64,000 bases of DNA from Mobula birostris (Eukaryota): positions 25,758,774 through 25,822,773 of the forward strand of contig NC_092385.1 in NCBI RefSeq assembly GCF_030028105.1. The letters run 5' to 3'. Both the position numbers and the translations under genes were made by a program. This document shows, one piece after another, positions 25,392 through 38,320 of the stretch. The notes under the pieces are model-generated. The model saw nothing but the letters and a program-made list of their open reading frames with translations. It was not told the origin of the DNA and ran no database searches. Numbering within the stretch: position 1 is the stretch's first letter; each line of letters begins with the position of its first letter.

Positions 25392-26078
25392 GGGGTTTCA
25401 GGGAGGGGTAGCACCTGTGGTGGGGGAACATGTTGCGTCCTTTTCAGGGTGGTTAGTCCACCTTTGGTCCCCACCTGGAACTCAGCTCTCACCTGTGGCT
25501 CCCCGTAGCTGTTTGCGTGCGACAGCGGCCACACCCCGGGCAATGGCTTCGACAAGCCGGCTAAACCAGGTGAAGGTAGCTGACGGGTCTCAAACCCTCA
25601 GTGAGATAGGGAGATGTCTATCCCAGCATGTGAAGACAGACTCTAGCGAATTGAGCAGACGAAACCAATGGAAGATCCAACACTCAAGAAGGCGGTCTCT
25701 GCAAGCATTGTGGAGTGTATAGAGCAGGACAAGACACAGAAGGAGTCCTGGTCATCCACTGCGCCTAGTCCCATCTCCAGCCTTCTCGACTCTTGTCTTG
25801 CCACTGGATCCAGATGGGAATTGGGAAGAGAGAGTGAGGCTGACACAGTGCAACTCTCCCTCTCTTAAATCCAAATCAAGCGCTAATCTCAGCACCATCA
25901 GCCAACTGGTGGCGCAGTGACATCAGAACCAGACTCTGGAGCAAAGGTTCCCGAGTTCAAATCCAGTTGGGCCGCTCCCGGGCACGCTTTCCATCTGTGC
26001 TGGGTTGAGTGTCGAGCTAGCAACTCGACCTCGTAAAAAGTACTAATGGTGTCGAGGTCTTCATTGATTACAATGGAC
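25392..26078 (+). mobile_element. Non-autonomous retroelement (RTE-associated, inferred) with a nested tRNA-derived SINE
   Basis: 16-bp TSD GAACTTTATCTCTGTT (25376-25391) / GAACCTTATCCCTGTT (26079-26094); begins GGGGT; non-coding. Confidence 0.7.
25900..26040 (+). mobile_element. tRNA-derived SINE
   Basis: A box TGGCGCAGTGA, B box GAGTTCAAATCC, short A tail; no complete cloverleaf. Confidence 0.7.
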
Positions 26079-27439
26079 GAACCTTATCCCTGTTAAGGCG
26101 GCCAGAATACAGGCTGAGGGCAGATTCTGGGAAATGTTGGAGATGCAGATGAGGGAATATCAATGGTGGAGGAAGGGAAACCCTGTTCTTTGAAGAAGGA
26201 GGACATTTCTGATATACTGGAAAGGAAAGCTTCATCTTGGGAACAGAAGGAACTGAGAAAAGGGAATGGCATTTTTACAGGAGTCAGAATGGGAAGAGTT
26301 ACAGTCAAGATGACCATGGGAGTTGGTAGGCTTATAAAAGATATTAGTAGACATTTTGGCTCCAGAGATGGAGGCAAAGGGATTGAGGAAGGGGAGAGAG
26401 TTGTCAGAAATGGACCAAGTGGATTTCAGGACAGGGTGGAAGTTGGAGGCCGAGCTGATGAAATTGATGAGCTCAGCATGGGTGTATGAATCAGCATCAA
26501 AGTAGTCCTCAGTGTAGAGCAGAAAGAGATGGGAAGCATTACTAATGAAGGCTTAGAACGTGGACTGTTCCACATAGCGAACCAAAAGTCAAACATAGCA
26601 GAGGCCCATGGCTACCCCTTGAGTTTGGAGGCAGCGGGAAGAGCTGAAAGAGAAATTATTGAGTGATAATAAATATGAATTTGATTCTGAGAATCAGAAT
26701 CAGGTATAATATTGCTCGCACATGTGGTGAAATGTATTGTTTTGTGGCAGATGTGCATTGCATACATAATAAAAAAACTAAATTACAATAAGCAGTATAT
26801 ATTAAAAATAAATTAAGTAGACGGTGCAACAAGAGAGCAACCATTCTGATACAGCACAGAAAGAGGCCCTTCAAACACTTTGATCATGGCTGATTTTTAT
26901 TAAAAATGCAAGAGGCAGCTTCAAAGCTATACCTTGAGTGACCATTTTCAATTTCACCAAAGCCTTTGACTGGATAAACTGGGAAAAAATATGGCATACC
27001 CTCCTCAAATTTGGCTGCTTTCATAGATTGGTCACCATTGCAAAGCTACATATGGGGAAAACAAAAACAAATACAGTATTGGAGTGTTTTCAAAAGATTA
27101 AATATATTTAAAAAGTCGTTCGCGATGCATCTTAGGTTCTATTTCTTTGAATGCATTTTTATTATATTAGTCTAAGTCACATTTTTAACTAATTCCCAAG
27201 CATACAAAGAAATATTTATGAACTACCATGTAATACCTTAACGATGCATTAACTGCCACTCTTAAAGGATTGCATGGCATGAATTCCCTACTTCGATTCC
27301 GATTGCGTTTCTGATTTCTGTTTGTGTATACGGGATAAACGAGGATATCTTTAGGTGTGAACTGATAACTTCCCAGTTACTCCTAAACAGATATGTTACA
27401 TAGTCGTGATCAGGTACTTTTCACTGCATATGTTGATCT

Positions 27440-27920
27440 CACTTTCCGGTCCACCCGATGCAGGAACTGCGGCGCCATTCTGGGCGGAGATTTCACCAGC
27501 GGGATCTCGGCTGCCGACGGAGTGTAGGACCCGGCGGAGTCCTCGCGGTGCCGGCCGGGCAGCCTGGGTTCCAGTCAGGCGGGTGGCGCGCACTCGGCGT
27601 CGGCTGTCCCCTCACATGCTCGCTGAGCGCCCTACTTGCCCGTGTAATGGCGCTCATGGAGAAGAGAAGCCCGGGTAAGGTACTGTTGGACGACACGGTG
27701 CCGCTGGTGTGCGTGATCGAGGCCAGCCAAAATCTTCAGTCACACACGGTGAGTGCGGGGTGGGTGGGGGGAGGCCGGCTCTAGGCCGCCGCGGCCCCGG
27801 GCAGCCGGGGATGGCAAGGGACGGGGACGGGGACGGGAGGGCGGGCTGGCGACCGGTTATCCATTAGCCCTGTGAGGCAGCAGGCAGGGAGCAAGGAGCG
27901 CGGCGAGTAGTAGCTGGCGA
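27440..27920 (+). promoter_or_regulatory. CpG island spanning the PXK promoter and exon 1
   Basis: High GC/CpG around the ATG exon; TTCCGG ETS-like site at ~27444. Confidence 0.8.
27647..27748 (+). CDS. PXK: PXK coding exon 1
   Basis: MALMEKRSPGKVLLDDTVPLVCVIEASQNLQSHT; gtaATGg context; GTGAGT donor. Confidence 0.95.
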
Positions 27921-28254
27921 GACTGGAGTAGTTCAATCATTCAGGAACGTCAGTGCACGAACGGCAAACATTTAGTGATTGGAGTCTGCTGCACCGAACA
28001 GTTGTACAGTCCCCGGGTTGGTAACAGTCTGTATCTCCCAAAGGGCTGCAACATCACTAGACTTCTCGCAATTTAGCCCACGGCATTCGTTCCTTTACCT
28101 CCTGGGAGCTAATTATGTTAGCACATATGTGTTTGCTCTTATGTATTTTCCTCATTGCCTAAAAGTAGGTCTGTGAAGCTGCTGGAGTGGTCAAAGTAAT
28201 TCCGCTTGCAATCGTCCATGGTTTTGGTTAAGCATTAGCAACGTAAACTTTTAA

Positions 28255-29110
28255 TGTGCGTATACGCAAGGAATTCTGTGGATGCTGGAAATCCAAAGCA
28301 ACACGCACAAAATGCTGGAAGAACTTAGTAGGTCAGGCAGCGTCTATGACAATGAATAAAGAGACGACGTTTCGGGTCGCGACCCTTCCTCAGCACTGGA
28401 AAGGAGGGGGCAAAGCGGAATCAGGAAAAAGGTTGGAGGAGTGGAAGGAGGGAAGCGAGAAGGTGATAGGTGAAGTCAGGTGGGTAGGCTAAAAGAGAAG
28501 AGAAAGAGAATGTGGGGGATGTGATAGACAGATGACGAGAAGAAGAGGCCGGAGTGGGGAATAGAAGAGGGAAAGGGGAGGGATTTTTTTTAAACTGGAA
28601 GGAGAAATCAATATTCATGTCATCAGGTTGTAGGCTACCCAGACAGAATATGAGGTGTTGCTCCTCCATCCTGCCAGTCACCAACGTGTCAGAACGGGAA
28701 TGCGAATGGGAATGAAACTGACTGGCTTTTCTGCTTTTGGTGGATGGAGTGGGGATTCTCAACAAAGTGGTTCCCCAGTTTACGACGGGTCTCACTGATG
28801 TAGAGGAGGCCGCATCGGGAGCACTGGGTACAACAGATGACCCCAACAGATTCTCAGGTGGAGTGGTGCCTCACCTGGAGGGACTGCTTTGGGCCCTGAA
28901 TGGAGATGATGGAGGAGGCGTATGGGCAGGTGTATCACTTTGGCTTCTTGCAGGGATAACTGCTAGGAGGGAGATTAGTGGAGAGGAACGAATGGACAAG
29001 GGAATCTCAGAGGGAGTGTCTCTGCGGTGTGTGGGATGGGGAAGGTAACGATGTATTTGGTGTAGAATCCCTTTGGAGAATATGGAAGTTGCAGAGGGTG
29101 ATGTGTTGAA
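28255..29110 (-). mobile_element. Penelope-like 3' fragment with hammerhead (28362-28397)
   Basis: EEQHLIFCLGSLQPDDMNIDFS; minus strand reads CTGAGGA-AGGGTCGCGACCC-GAAACGTC. Confidence 0.88.
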
Positions 29111-29532
29111 ATGTACATAATTATACTTGTAACTTAAAATTCCATTTTTGGCTTGGAATTTATGTTTAAGTTTCTCTAATCAGTTTTCTGCCTCTGCAAC
29201 AAAACCGGAACTGTCCTAATCAAAGTTACAAATAACATCCTTTGTGAGTGAGTTGCACTGTTGATCTAATTAGTTGACCTCTTTACAGCCTTTGACATTG
29301 CTGACCATACTGAATTCCATTGTCTCTCCTTTGCGAATGGCTCATTGGCACCTCCCTTCCTCATTGCACTGAGTGCAGTTCACAGCCTTTCAGCCTGACC
29401 TGTTCTTGGGAGAATTTGGCAAGAGTTCCTTTCATTCTTAAACTCTCACTCATGTATACATGTTCCACTTAGTGACATAATCAAAAGATGGGAACAGCTT
29501 CCACAAAGCAAAGAGTAGACCTGTCATTAATG

Positions 29533-29568
29533 AGTCCTGACGAAGGGTCTGGGCCTGAAATGTCGACT
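29533..29568 (+). ncRNA. Minimal type I hammerhead ribozyme candidate in a solo Penelope tail
   Basis: AGTC-CTGACGA-AGG(GTCTGGG)CCT-GAAA-T-GTC-GACT; core intact, helix I AGTC/GACT. Confidence 0.7.
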
Positions 29569-30575
29569 GTACTTCTTCCTGTAGACGCTGCCTGGCCTGC
29601 TGCGTTCCACCAGCATTTTGTGTGTGTTGCTTGAATTTCCAGCATCTGCAGATTTTCTAGTGTTTGTTGTCATTAATGGTACTGGATTTCCTTTCACTTT
29701 CAAGAAAACATGCAGAAACGAAAGTAAGATTGATATCTCAGTAAAACAAAAACTAAAAACACCCAAACACGAGGAAGTCTGCAGACGCTGGAACACCCAT
29801 TTAGTTATTGATTTCTCCAGCAGCATCATTTAATATTTTTCTTCTGTTTAAATCTGTATGGAAAATATTCTGTGGTCAGCAAAATTCAAATTTATGTGAT
29901 GAAATTCCCTTCCAAATGTTTGTTTCTGCTTAACTGCAAACATCATGTTTGTACAAGTGTAACAAGTTTAAAAAAAACCCTAAATTTTTTTCCTCCGATG
30001 ATTTTGTCATCCATGTCACAAGCAGGGTGGTCAGCAGATTTGCTTCAAGATCACTGTTGATGTTGCTCATGAGGTAACCGTGAGGATATGTGGGTGAGTT
30101 GGCAGCTGAGTTTCTCAGGCTGTGTAGACCACTCTGAGACTGTCACCTTACCAAATTGTAGGCATGAACCTGTGCCTCCTACATGAAATGTCCTCTACTG
30201 TCATTCTAGTATGAAATTGTAAATTTTAATTGCTTGACCTTAGAATTACAGAGGCTTTCATAAAGATTAGATATCTGACTGAATTCCTTTGGAATTTAGT
30301 TTGTTTAATTCTAACAAGTATTTAGAAGTAGATTTTTTTTACAGGTCCCAAAGCTGTTAGCTTTTTTCAGCAGGTCTCTTGTCTAATCAGCATCCTATTA
30401 TTGAACACTTTTTAATATGTTGTTGTCCTAAGTTTTTAATAAATTATTAGTAATGTGGCTGGAGTCATATGTGAGAAATTAGCTTTTGTTTTTAGAGTCC
30501 CAACTCATCCATGCTGATTGTGGTGTCCATCAAGCTAGCCCTGTTTGTCAGTTTTTGGCCCATTTCCTTCTAAGC

Positions 30576-30641
30576 CAGGTCTCCACAGACCCCTCAGTTA
30601 ATGTTAGGGGTCCACGGTATGAAAAAGGTTGGGAACCCCTG
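30576..30641. mobile_element. Small hAT-type MITE remnant
   Basis: Right TIR GGTTGGGAACCCCTG; degenerate TSD TTCTAAGC/CTCTAAGT. Confidence 0.5.
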
Positions 30642-30649
30642 CTCTAAGT

Positions 30650-31245
30650 CAAGGACCAGAATATAAAAATAACGATGTAATGCTGAGGCTTTATAAGGCA
30701 TTGGTGAGGCCTCACGTGGAGTATTGTGAGCAGTTTTGGGCCCCTTGTCTAAGAAAGGATGTGCTGACGTCACAGTTCAAAGGAAATTCATGAGAATGAT
30801 TCTGGGATTGAAAGACTTGTTATATGAAGAGTGTTTGATGGCTCTGGGCCTTTACTTGCTGAATTTAGAAGAATGAAGGAAAATCTCATTGAAACCTACC
30901 AAATGTTGAAAGACCTAGGTAGAGTGGATTTGGAGAGGATGTTTCCTTTAGTCAGGGAGTGGACGACCAGAGGGACAACCTCAGAACAGAACAAAGATGA
31001 GGAATTTCTTTAGCCAGAGTGTGGTGAATCTGTGGAATTCGTTGTCTCAAGCGGCTCTGGAGGCCAGGTCATTGAGTGTATTTAAGGCGGAAGTTGATAG
31101 ATTGTTGTTAAGTCATGGTATGAAAGGTTACGGGGAGAGGGCAGGAGAATGAGGTTGAGTGGGAAATGGATGAGCCATAATCAAATGCAGGAGCAGACTA
31201 AATGGGCCAAATGGTTTAACTAGGCTCCAATGTCTTATGGTCTCA
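30650..31245 (+). mobile_element. CR1 LINE 3' fragment
   Basis: [17 protein letters not shown]; 3' UTR like that of the 46.2-47.5 kb copy. Confidence 0.85.
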
Positions 31246-31869
31246 GCCTCCCTAAACCATGTACTTATTCAAGTGTCTTTTCTTGCACCAATTCTGGTTA
31301 CTTCTGGGTCCTAATTTGTTAAAACTTGTGTTATTTATTTGGTGTACCACAGTCATTTAGAAAGTTATGAATCATTATTCTTAAGTACAAATGTTGGAAA
31401 GGAGGTGACTGGAGAAAAAATAGATGACTTTTAACCATGAGGTAAAGCATATTTCATTTCCATGTAATATTTGTACTCTTTATATGAATTGATTATAAAA
31501 CTCATGAGCGCAAAGTTTCTGTCTTATTAGTTAGTAAAGGTTTAAAGCTGTTTTCAGCTGTCGTTACTCTATGTTGGAATGTGCATGTTTCTCAGCTGCA
31601 TCAGGCAGATTCAGTTTCCTTGTAGGATGACAGCAGATCTGGAGGTTTCTGGGAATACCTTGGTTCCCTAATGTAAAACTGCTTTAAAAGGGAAGGTTTG
31701 GTGATTCTATATTGAATGAATTCCTATTACATATTCTTGCTTTCCATTGTTCATTTAACATATTTACAGTACTTCATTTTCTCAACATCCATGTCCTTTA
31801 CGTATTGCATGGAATCACTAGCTGTGTAACTACACACCAACACTTGTCCATTTAGTCCAGTAACAAGAA

Positions 31870-32670
31870 CCATATGATGACATGAAGGTAGATTGGTGGT
31901 TTTGTGTATAGTGTAGAAGGTTGTTGTAAGTCGCAGTGGACCATTGAAGGGTGCAGAGGTGGACTGAAAGTAGCAGATGTAGTTCAATGCAAAGAAAGTA
32001 TGAAGTGATGCACTTTGGAAGTTCAAACTTAATGGCTGAGTACAAAGTTATTGGCAGTATTCTTGGCTGTGTGGGGGAACAGGTGGATCTTGAAGTCCAT
32101 AGAACCCTCAGCCCTCAAGTTGATAGGATGGGTGGTTAAAAAGGCATATGGTATGCTGGCCTTTGTTGATAGATTAAGAGCCACGAGGTAAAGTTGCAGC
32201 TCTACAAAGCTCTGGTTAGACCATACTTGGAGTGTTGTGTTCGGTTCTGATCACCTTATTTTAGGAAGGACGTGTAAGCTTTAGAGAGAGTGCAGAGGAG
32301 ATTTATCAAGATGCTGACTGGATTAGAGAATCGGTTTTATGAGGAAAAGTTGAATGAGCAAGGGCTTTTCTCTGTACAGAAGGAGGGGAGATTTGATAGA
32401 AGTGTATAAAATGAAAAGAGGCTTGGGTAAAGTGGACAGCCAGTGTTTTTTCCCTGGGGTGGCAATGGCTAATACGAGAGGACATATTTTTAAGGTGATT
32501 GGAGGAAAGTATAGGCGGCAGAGGGGGGAAGTGAGATATCAGAAGTAGGTATTTTCTACATAGTCATAAATGCATGAACTATATTCCTGGGGGATGGTGG
32601 TAGTGGCAGATACATTAGGGGCATTTAAGACTCTTAGATAGGCACATGGATGAAAGGAAAAATGGAGAGC
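31870..32670 (+). mobile_element. CR1 LINE fragment; its 3' end resumes after the Tc1 at ~36516-36615
   Basis: KYEVMHFGSSN, RRRGDLIEVYKM; the 3' UTR is split at the TA TSD. Confidence 0.8.
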
Positions 32671-33012
32671 TACAGTTGCAAGAAAAAGTTTGTGAACCTT
32701 GCAATTACCTACTTTTCTGTATTAATTACTCATGTGGTCTGATCTTCATCTAAGTCACAACAATAGACAAATACAATCTGCCTAAACTAATCACACAAGC
32801 AGTTGTACTTTTCATGACTTTATTGAACACATTGTTTAATCATTCACAGGTAAGGCTGGAAAAAGTATGTGAACCCTTATATTTTACAACTGGTATAACC
32901 TCCTTTAGGAGCAGTAACCTTTACCAAGCCTTTCCTGTACCTGCTGATCAGACTTGCGCAACGGTAAGGAGGAATTTTAGACCATCCTCTATACAAAACT
33001 GTTTCAGTTCAA

Positions 33013-34604
33013 GATTTAAAAGCAGAGCTTTGTGCCAGTTTTCTTTGAGTTGGACAATCCATGTCAGGCAGGGCTGTGTAAAAAGAACTACCTGTTAATT
33101 AGGAGGGACATTGAGATTTCAAAGGCAGAGCTTCACCGCAGTTCTCTGGGTTGAAGAGTGACCAATCTGCAGGAGGGATTCATTAGAAAGGGCCAATAAA
33201 TCAAGTGCAAGCTGTGCACCGTTCGTTTGGAATGTGCTGGTGTTTAGAGGCTTTGGCTCATCTGACGGGCAAGATCAGGTTTGGGTGAGGTACATTGTCT
33301 CAGAAGTTAATCTCTCTCTGTCCTTATTTGTTCATTTCTCATCTGTTAGGGCATAATAGATTGGTGAGAATGGCTCAAGGGACAGTATTTTCTCCCGTGT
33401 GTGGGATGTGGGAAGTCTCCCAGATAAACACATCTGCACCAGGTGCACCGAGCTGCAGCTCCTGAGAGAATGTATTAAGGAACTGGAGCTGCAGCTCGAT
33501 GACCTTCAGCTCATACGGGAGAATGAGGAGGTGATAGACAGGAGCTACAGGGAGGTAGTTACCCCTAGATTGCAGGAGACAGGTAACCGGGTGACTGTCA
33601 GGAGAAGGAGGGGAAATACATAGCCAGTGTAGAATAACCTGTGGCCATTCCCCTCAATAATAAGTATACAACTTTAGATACTATTGAGGTGGACGACCTA
33701 CCGGGGGGAGCCACAGTGACCGGGTCTCTGATAGTGAGTCTGGTGCTGTGGCTCAGAAGACTAGAGAGGGGAAGAGAACTGTAGTGTTGATAGGAGATTC
33801 CCGAGTCAGGGGAACAGAGACAAGATTCTGTGGGTGCGATAGAATAGCCATGGAGAGATTTCAATATGCAGGTAGAATGAAGAAAATCAGGTTGGTGCTT
33901 GATTCCAAGAGGGGGAAATTCTAGAATGCCTACGAGATGACTTTTTAAAGCAGCTCCTGGTGGAGCCCACTAGGGGATCAGCAATTCTGGATTGGGTGTT
34001 CTGCAATGATCAGGAGTTGATTAGAGAGCTTAAGGTAAAAGAGCCCTTAGCTGAATCGTGTTGGGAATTGTGATGCATTTTGGTAGAAAAAAATGAAAGG
34101 GTTGACTATTTTCTAGATGGAGAGAAAATACAAAAAACTGAGGCGCAGAGGGACTTGGGAGTGCTAGTGCAGGATTCCCTAAAGGTTAATTTGCAGATTG
34201 AGTCTGTGGTGAGGAAGGCAAATGCAATGTTAGCATTCGTTTCAAGAGGACTAGAATATAAAAACAAGGATGTTATTTATAAAGTACTGATAAGGCCTCA
34301 CTTGGAGTATTTTGAGCAGTTTGGGGAAAGGAGCAGAAAGGATGTGCTAAAACTAGAGAGTGTTCAAAGGAGGTTCACAAAAATGAGTCCAGGTTTGAAC
34401 AGCTAGTCATATGAAGAGTGTTTGATGGCTCTGGGCCTTTATTCACTAGAATTCAGAAGAACGAGGGGTGACTTCATTGGGATATGGGGAGAAGGCAGGA
34501 GATTAGGGCTGAGAGGAAAAATGGATCAGCCATGATGAAATGGTGGAGCAAATTTGATGGGCCAAATGGCCTAATTCTGCTCCTATGTTTTATGTTCTTA
34601 TATT
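33013..34604 (+). mobile_element. CR1 pieces nested in the Tc1 (ORF1 Zn-finger/coiled-coil/esterase, APE and RT 3' fragments)
   Basis: HICTRCTELQLLRECIKELELQLDDL; VVLIGDS; QRDLGVLVQDSLKVNLQ. Confidence 0.8.
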
Positions 34605-35257
34605 TAGATTAGATTAGATTAGGAGGACACACAGCCCTCTTTTATTGTCATTTAGTAATGCATGCATTAAGAAATGATACAATTTGTTCCTCCGGAATGA
34701 TATCACAGAAATACAAGACAAACCAAGACTAAAAAAACTGATAAAAACCACATAATTATAGCATATAGTTACAACACTGCAAGCAATACCGTAATTTGAT
34801 AGAAGAACAGACCATGGGCACGGTAAAAAAGTCTCAAAGTCTCTCGAAAGTCCCATCATCTCACGCAGACGGTTGAAGGAAGCTTCCAGCGCCATGAACT
34901 TGCTGATGCAGTATCCTGGAAGCACCCCGACCACAGTCCGATTCCAAGTCCCTCCAAAAACTTCGAACCTCCGACCAGCTCTCTGACACCGAGCACCATC
35001 TCTGCCGAGTGCTTCGACCCCGGCCCCGGCAATAGGCAAAGCCGAGGATTTGGGGCCTTCCCCTCTCCGGTTCTCGATCGCACAGTAGCAGTGGCAGCGA
35101 AGCAGGCATTTCAGAAGTTTCTGCAGATGTTCCTCCATGCTTCTCACGGCTGTCTCCATCAAATCAGGATTGTGCACAGCATCCTAGTTCACAAATACGA
35201 TATCAATTCGGAGTAGCCGTGCACGCTGCACAGCGCCGCCATCTTCTCCTCCCCCCT
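34605..35257 (-). mobile_element. Non-autonomous LINE-derived element nested in the Tc1
   Basis: Minus-strand 5' end GGGGGGAGGAGAAGATGGCGGCG; 3' AATAAA plus (ATCTA)n tail. Confidence 0.6.
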
Positions 35258-37614
35258 CAGGTATTTCTGAGATACCTTTCATGAACAGCCCTCATCAGGT
35301 CATGCCACAGCATCTCAATTGGGTTAAGGTCTGGACTCTGACTTGGCCATTCCAAAACATGAATTTTCTTTTTAAACCGTTCTGTTGTTAATTTACTCAT
35401 GTTTTGAACCTTTGTCGTCTTGCATCATCCAACTTGTATTAAGCTTCAGGTGATGGACCGCTACCCTGACATTCTCCTATAAAATGTCTTGATACAATTT
35501 TGAATTCATTGTTCCCTCAATGATTGCAAGCTGTCCAGGCCCTGAGGCAGCAAAGCAGCCCCAAACCATGTTGCTCCCTCCAGCATGCTTCACAGTTGGG
35601 GTGAGGTTTTTGTTGTTGGTGTGCAGTACCCACTTTTTCCTCTAAACATGGCAATATGCATTTCCACCAAAAAGTTTAACTTTAGTCTCATCTGTCCACA
35701 GAATATTGTTCCAGAAGCATAATGGATCATCCAGGTGGTCTTTTACAAACTTGAGACATGCAGTAATGTGTTTTTGTTTGGAGAGTAGTGGTCTCCTCTG
35801 TGGTAGCCTTCCATGAACACCATTCTTGTTTAGTGTTTTTCATACAGTGGACACGTGAACAGAGACTTTATCAAGTTCTCGAGATTTCTGCAGGTCTTTT
35901 GCTGTTACTCTTGGGTTCTTTATCACTTCCTTCAGCATTGCCCATTGTGCTCTTGACGTGATCTTTGCAGGACGCTCACTCCTAGGGAGAGTAGCAACAA
36001 TACTGAATTTCCTCCATTTCTAGACTATTGGTTTTATTGTGGACTGATGAATACTCGGGTCTTTAGAAATACTTTTGTAGCTTTTTCCAGCTTTATGCAT
36101 CTATAAAATTCTTCTAAGGTCCTCTAAAATTGTTTTGATCAAGGCATGATGCACATAAACAGATCTTTCTTGAGAAGAGCAGGATCTGTCAGTAACCTGA
36201 CTTTGTGTCTTTTTTATATGGCAGGGTATCTCGACAACCCACACTTCCAATCTCATCTCATTGATTGGAACACCTGACTCCAAATAACTTTCGTAAAAGA
36301 CTTCACCCTGGGGGTTACATAATTTTTTTGAACCTAGACAGTGATCGTTTAAATGGTATGAGAAGAAGTACAATTGTATGTGTGTTATTAGTTTTGGCAG
36401 ATTGTGCTTGTCTATTATTGTGATGAAGATTAAATATCAGACCACATTTTATGGGTAATTAGTGCAGAAAACCAGGTAATTGCAAAGGGTTCACAAACTT
36501 TTTCTTGCAACAGTATGTGGAAGTGAAGGGTTCGATTGATCGTGGAGAAGGTTAAGGAGTTGGCACAACATTATGGGCTGAAGGCCCTCTACCACACTAT
36601 TGTTTTGTGTTCTAATCAAAACTATAAATTATGAGATATCTGCATATAGCAAAGCAATCTTTGAAAAGTACTTTTCTTTCATAAACTGCAGATTTAGCAT
36701 CCCTGTTAAAATCAAGAGGGTCTTGAATTCCGTGTCATTTCTAATTTAAAGCAGGAAAACTTAAGCAAGACTGCTGGACTCTGGATTTTGACTTGCATTG
36801 ATGCTTGGCCAACAATGATTACTGAGTTTATTCGACATACAGCATTATGGTTTGGCCATCCATAATGAGCTTTTAATGGTTATTATGCAACACATAATGC
36901 TGGATGTACAACATTATGGTTTGACCATCCATAATGATCATATAAAATGCACCTATAAAACCAAGCTAATTTAGAATCTGGAAGTTGTGTTCAAATTGCT
37001 GTCAGCTGCCAGATTGACGAGCTTCATCGACAGTGCCGTTGAGGGTGCTGAACAGAACAACCTACCATGAAGTTTCCGGCGCAGTAGGAACTGTGGAAGG
37101 ATGATCAGCCAGTTGTCCTCTAGCAGTGGAATATATATTGACTGAAGCAACATGCTTTTGTACATTATATCTATTTGAGGTATTTGCTTTATGACTCTTC
37201 ATGGTAAAGTTGAGTCCGTGCAGCTGAATAGTCTCGCTAGAGAAATGGCATTTGTTGCCTCCTGATCAGATATAAGTTGCTGATGGGCATACTCCTGCAT
37301 AATTAACAGATCAATATTGACCTTTCTGCTCCCAGATTCCTGGAACAGTAGTGTGTCTGGCATTGTATAGTTCCCATCTTTTTTGTTTCCTTTTGCCAAT
37401 AATGCTTACCTGTGTTGCTTCAGCAGAAGATTGGTGGTGCTGAAATCGGATTAGAATATCTGCAATGTAGTTGTTGTATCCTTTCCGTGGTTGGGCAGTA
37501 TCTGCTGATAGCAATTGGAGAGGAAATTTCATTGATTTATAGTTTTCTCCTTTCCCTTTTGAATCTGTCACCCTCCAGTCCAAGTGACTGGGTATTACAC
37601 CAGATAGTCCCTTT

Positions 37615-38320
37615 AGTAATCAGAATCTGCTTTATTATCACTGACATATGTTAAGAAATTTGTTCCTTTGTGACAGCAGTACAGTGCAAGGCATAAGTTA
37701 CTGTAAGTTACAATGAAGTGAAAAAGAGGAACAGTGGGATATTGTTCATGAGTTCACGGACCATTCAGAAATCTGATGGCAGGGGAGAAGCTGTTCTGAA
37801 AACCTTGAGTGTGTATCTTCAGGCTCCTGTACCTCTTCCCTGATGGTGGTAATGAGAAGAGGGCATGTCCCTGATGGATGCCACCTTTTTGGGGCAGTGT
37901 CTTTTGAAGATAGTGGGAAGGTATGTGCTTGTGATGAAGCTGGCTGAGTTTAAAACCCTCTGCAGCCACTTTCAACTTTGTGAATTGGAGCCTCCATACT
38001 AGGCGGTGATGCAGCTAGTCAGGATGCTCTCCACAGTACATCTGAAGAAATGTGTGAGACTCTTTGGTGACATACCAAATCTCCTCCAACCTCTCATGAA
38101 ATGTAGTCTCTGATGTGCCGCCTTCAAAATTGCGTGTTGGGCCCTGAGTAGATTCTCAGAGATGTTGACAAGAACTTCAGGCAAGAACCCTTTCCACTGC
38201 TGACCCCTCGAGGACTGGTGTGTGATCTCCCAACTTCCCCTTCCTGAAGTCCGCAATCATTTCCTTGGTCTTGCTAACGTTGAGTGGGAGGTAGTTGTTG
38301 TGGCACCACTCAACCAGGTG
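37615..38320 (-). mobile_element. Rex1/Babar-like LINE 3' fragment
   Basis: LVEWCHNNYLPLNVSKTKEMIADFRK; FFRCTVESILTSCITA. Confidence 0.85.

Larger units (their letters stand above)
24500..26660 (-). mobile_element. Penelope-like element fragment, split by the insertion at 25392-26078
   Basis: ORFs RQHFTCKSTGVV.CIQCSR..LLCIGETR and CSQDEAFLSSISEMSSFFKEQGFPSSTI match the 707-aa ORF. Confidence 0.88.
32673..36513 (-). mobile_element. Tc1-like DNA transposon with long (~200 bp) TIRs, carrying nested insertions
   Basis: TA-CAGTTGCAAGAAAAAGTTTGTGAACC ... GGTTCACAAACTTTTTCTTGCAACAG-TA; minus-strand transposase remnants ([33 protein letters not shown]). Confidence 0.92.

Noticed and set aside
25900-25975. 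Possible tRNA gene
   Set aside because: A/B boxes only; no proper acceptor or anticodon stems; followed by SINE body and A tail.
34614-35177. 187-aa minus-strand ORF
   Set aside because: Lies entirely within a nested repeat; no recognisable domain.
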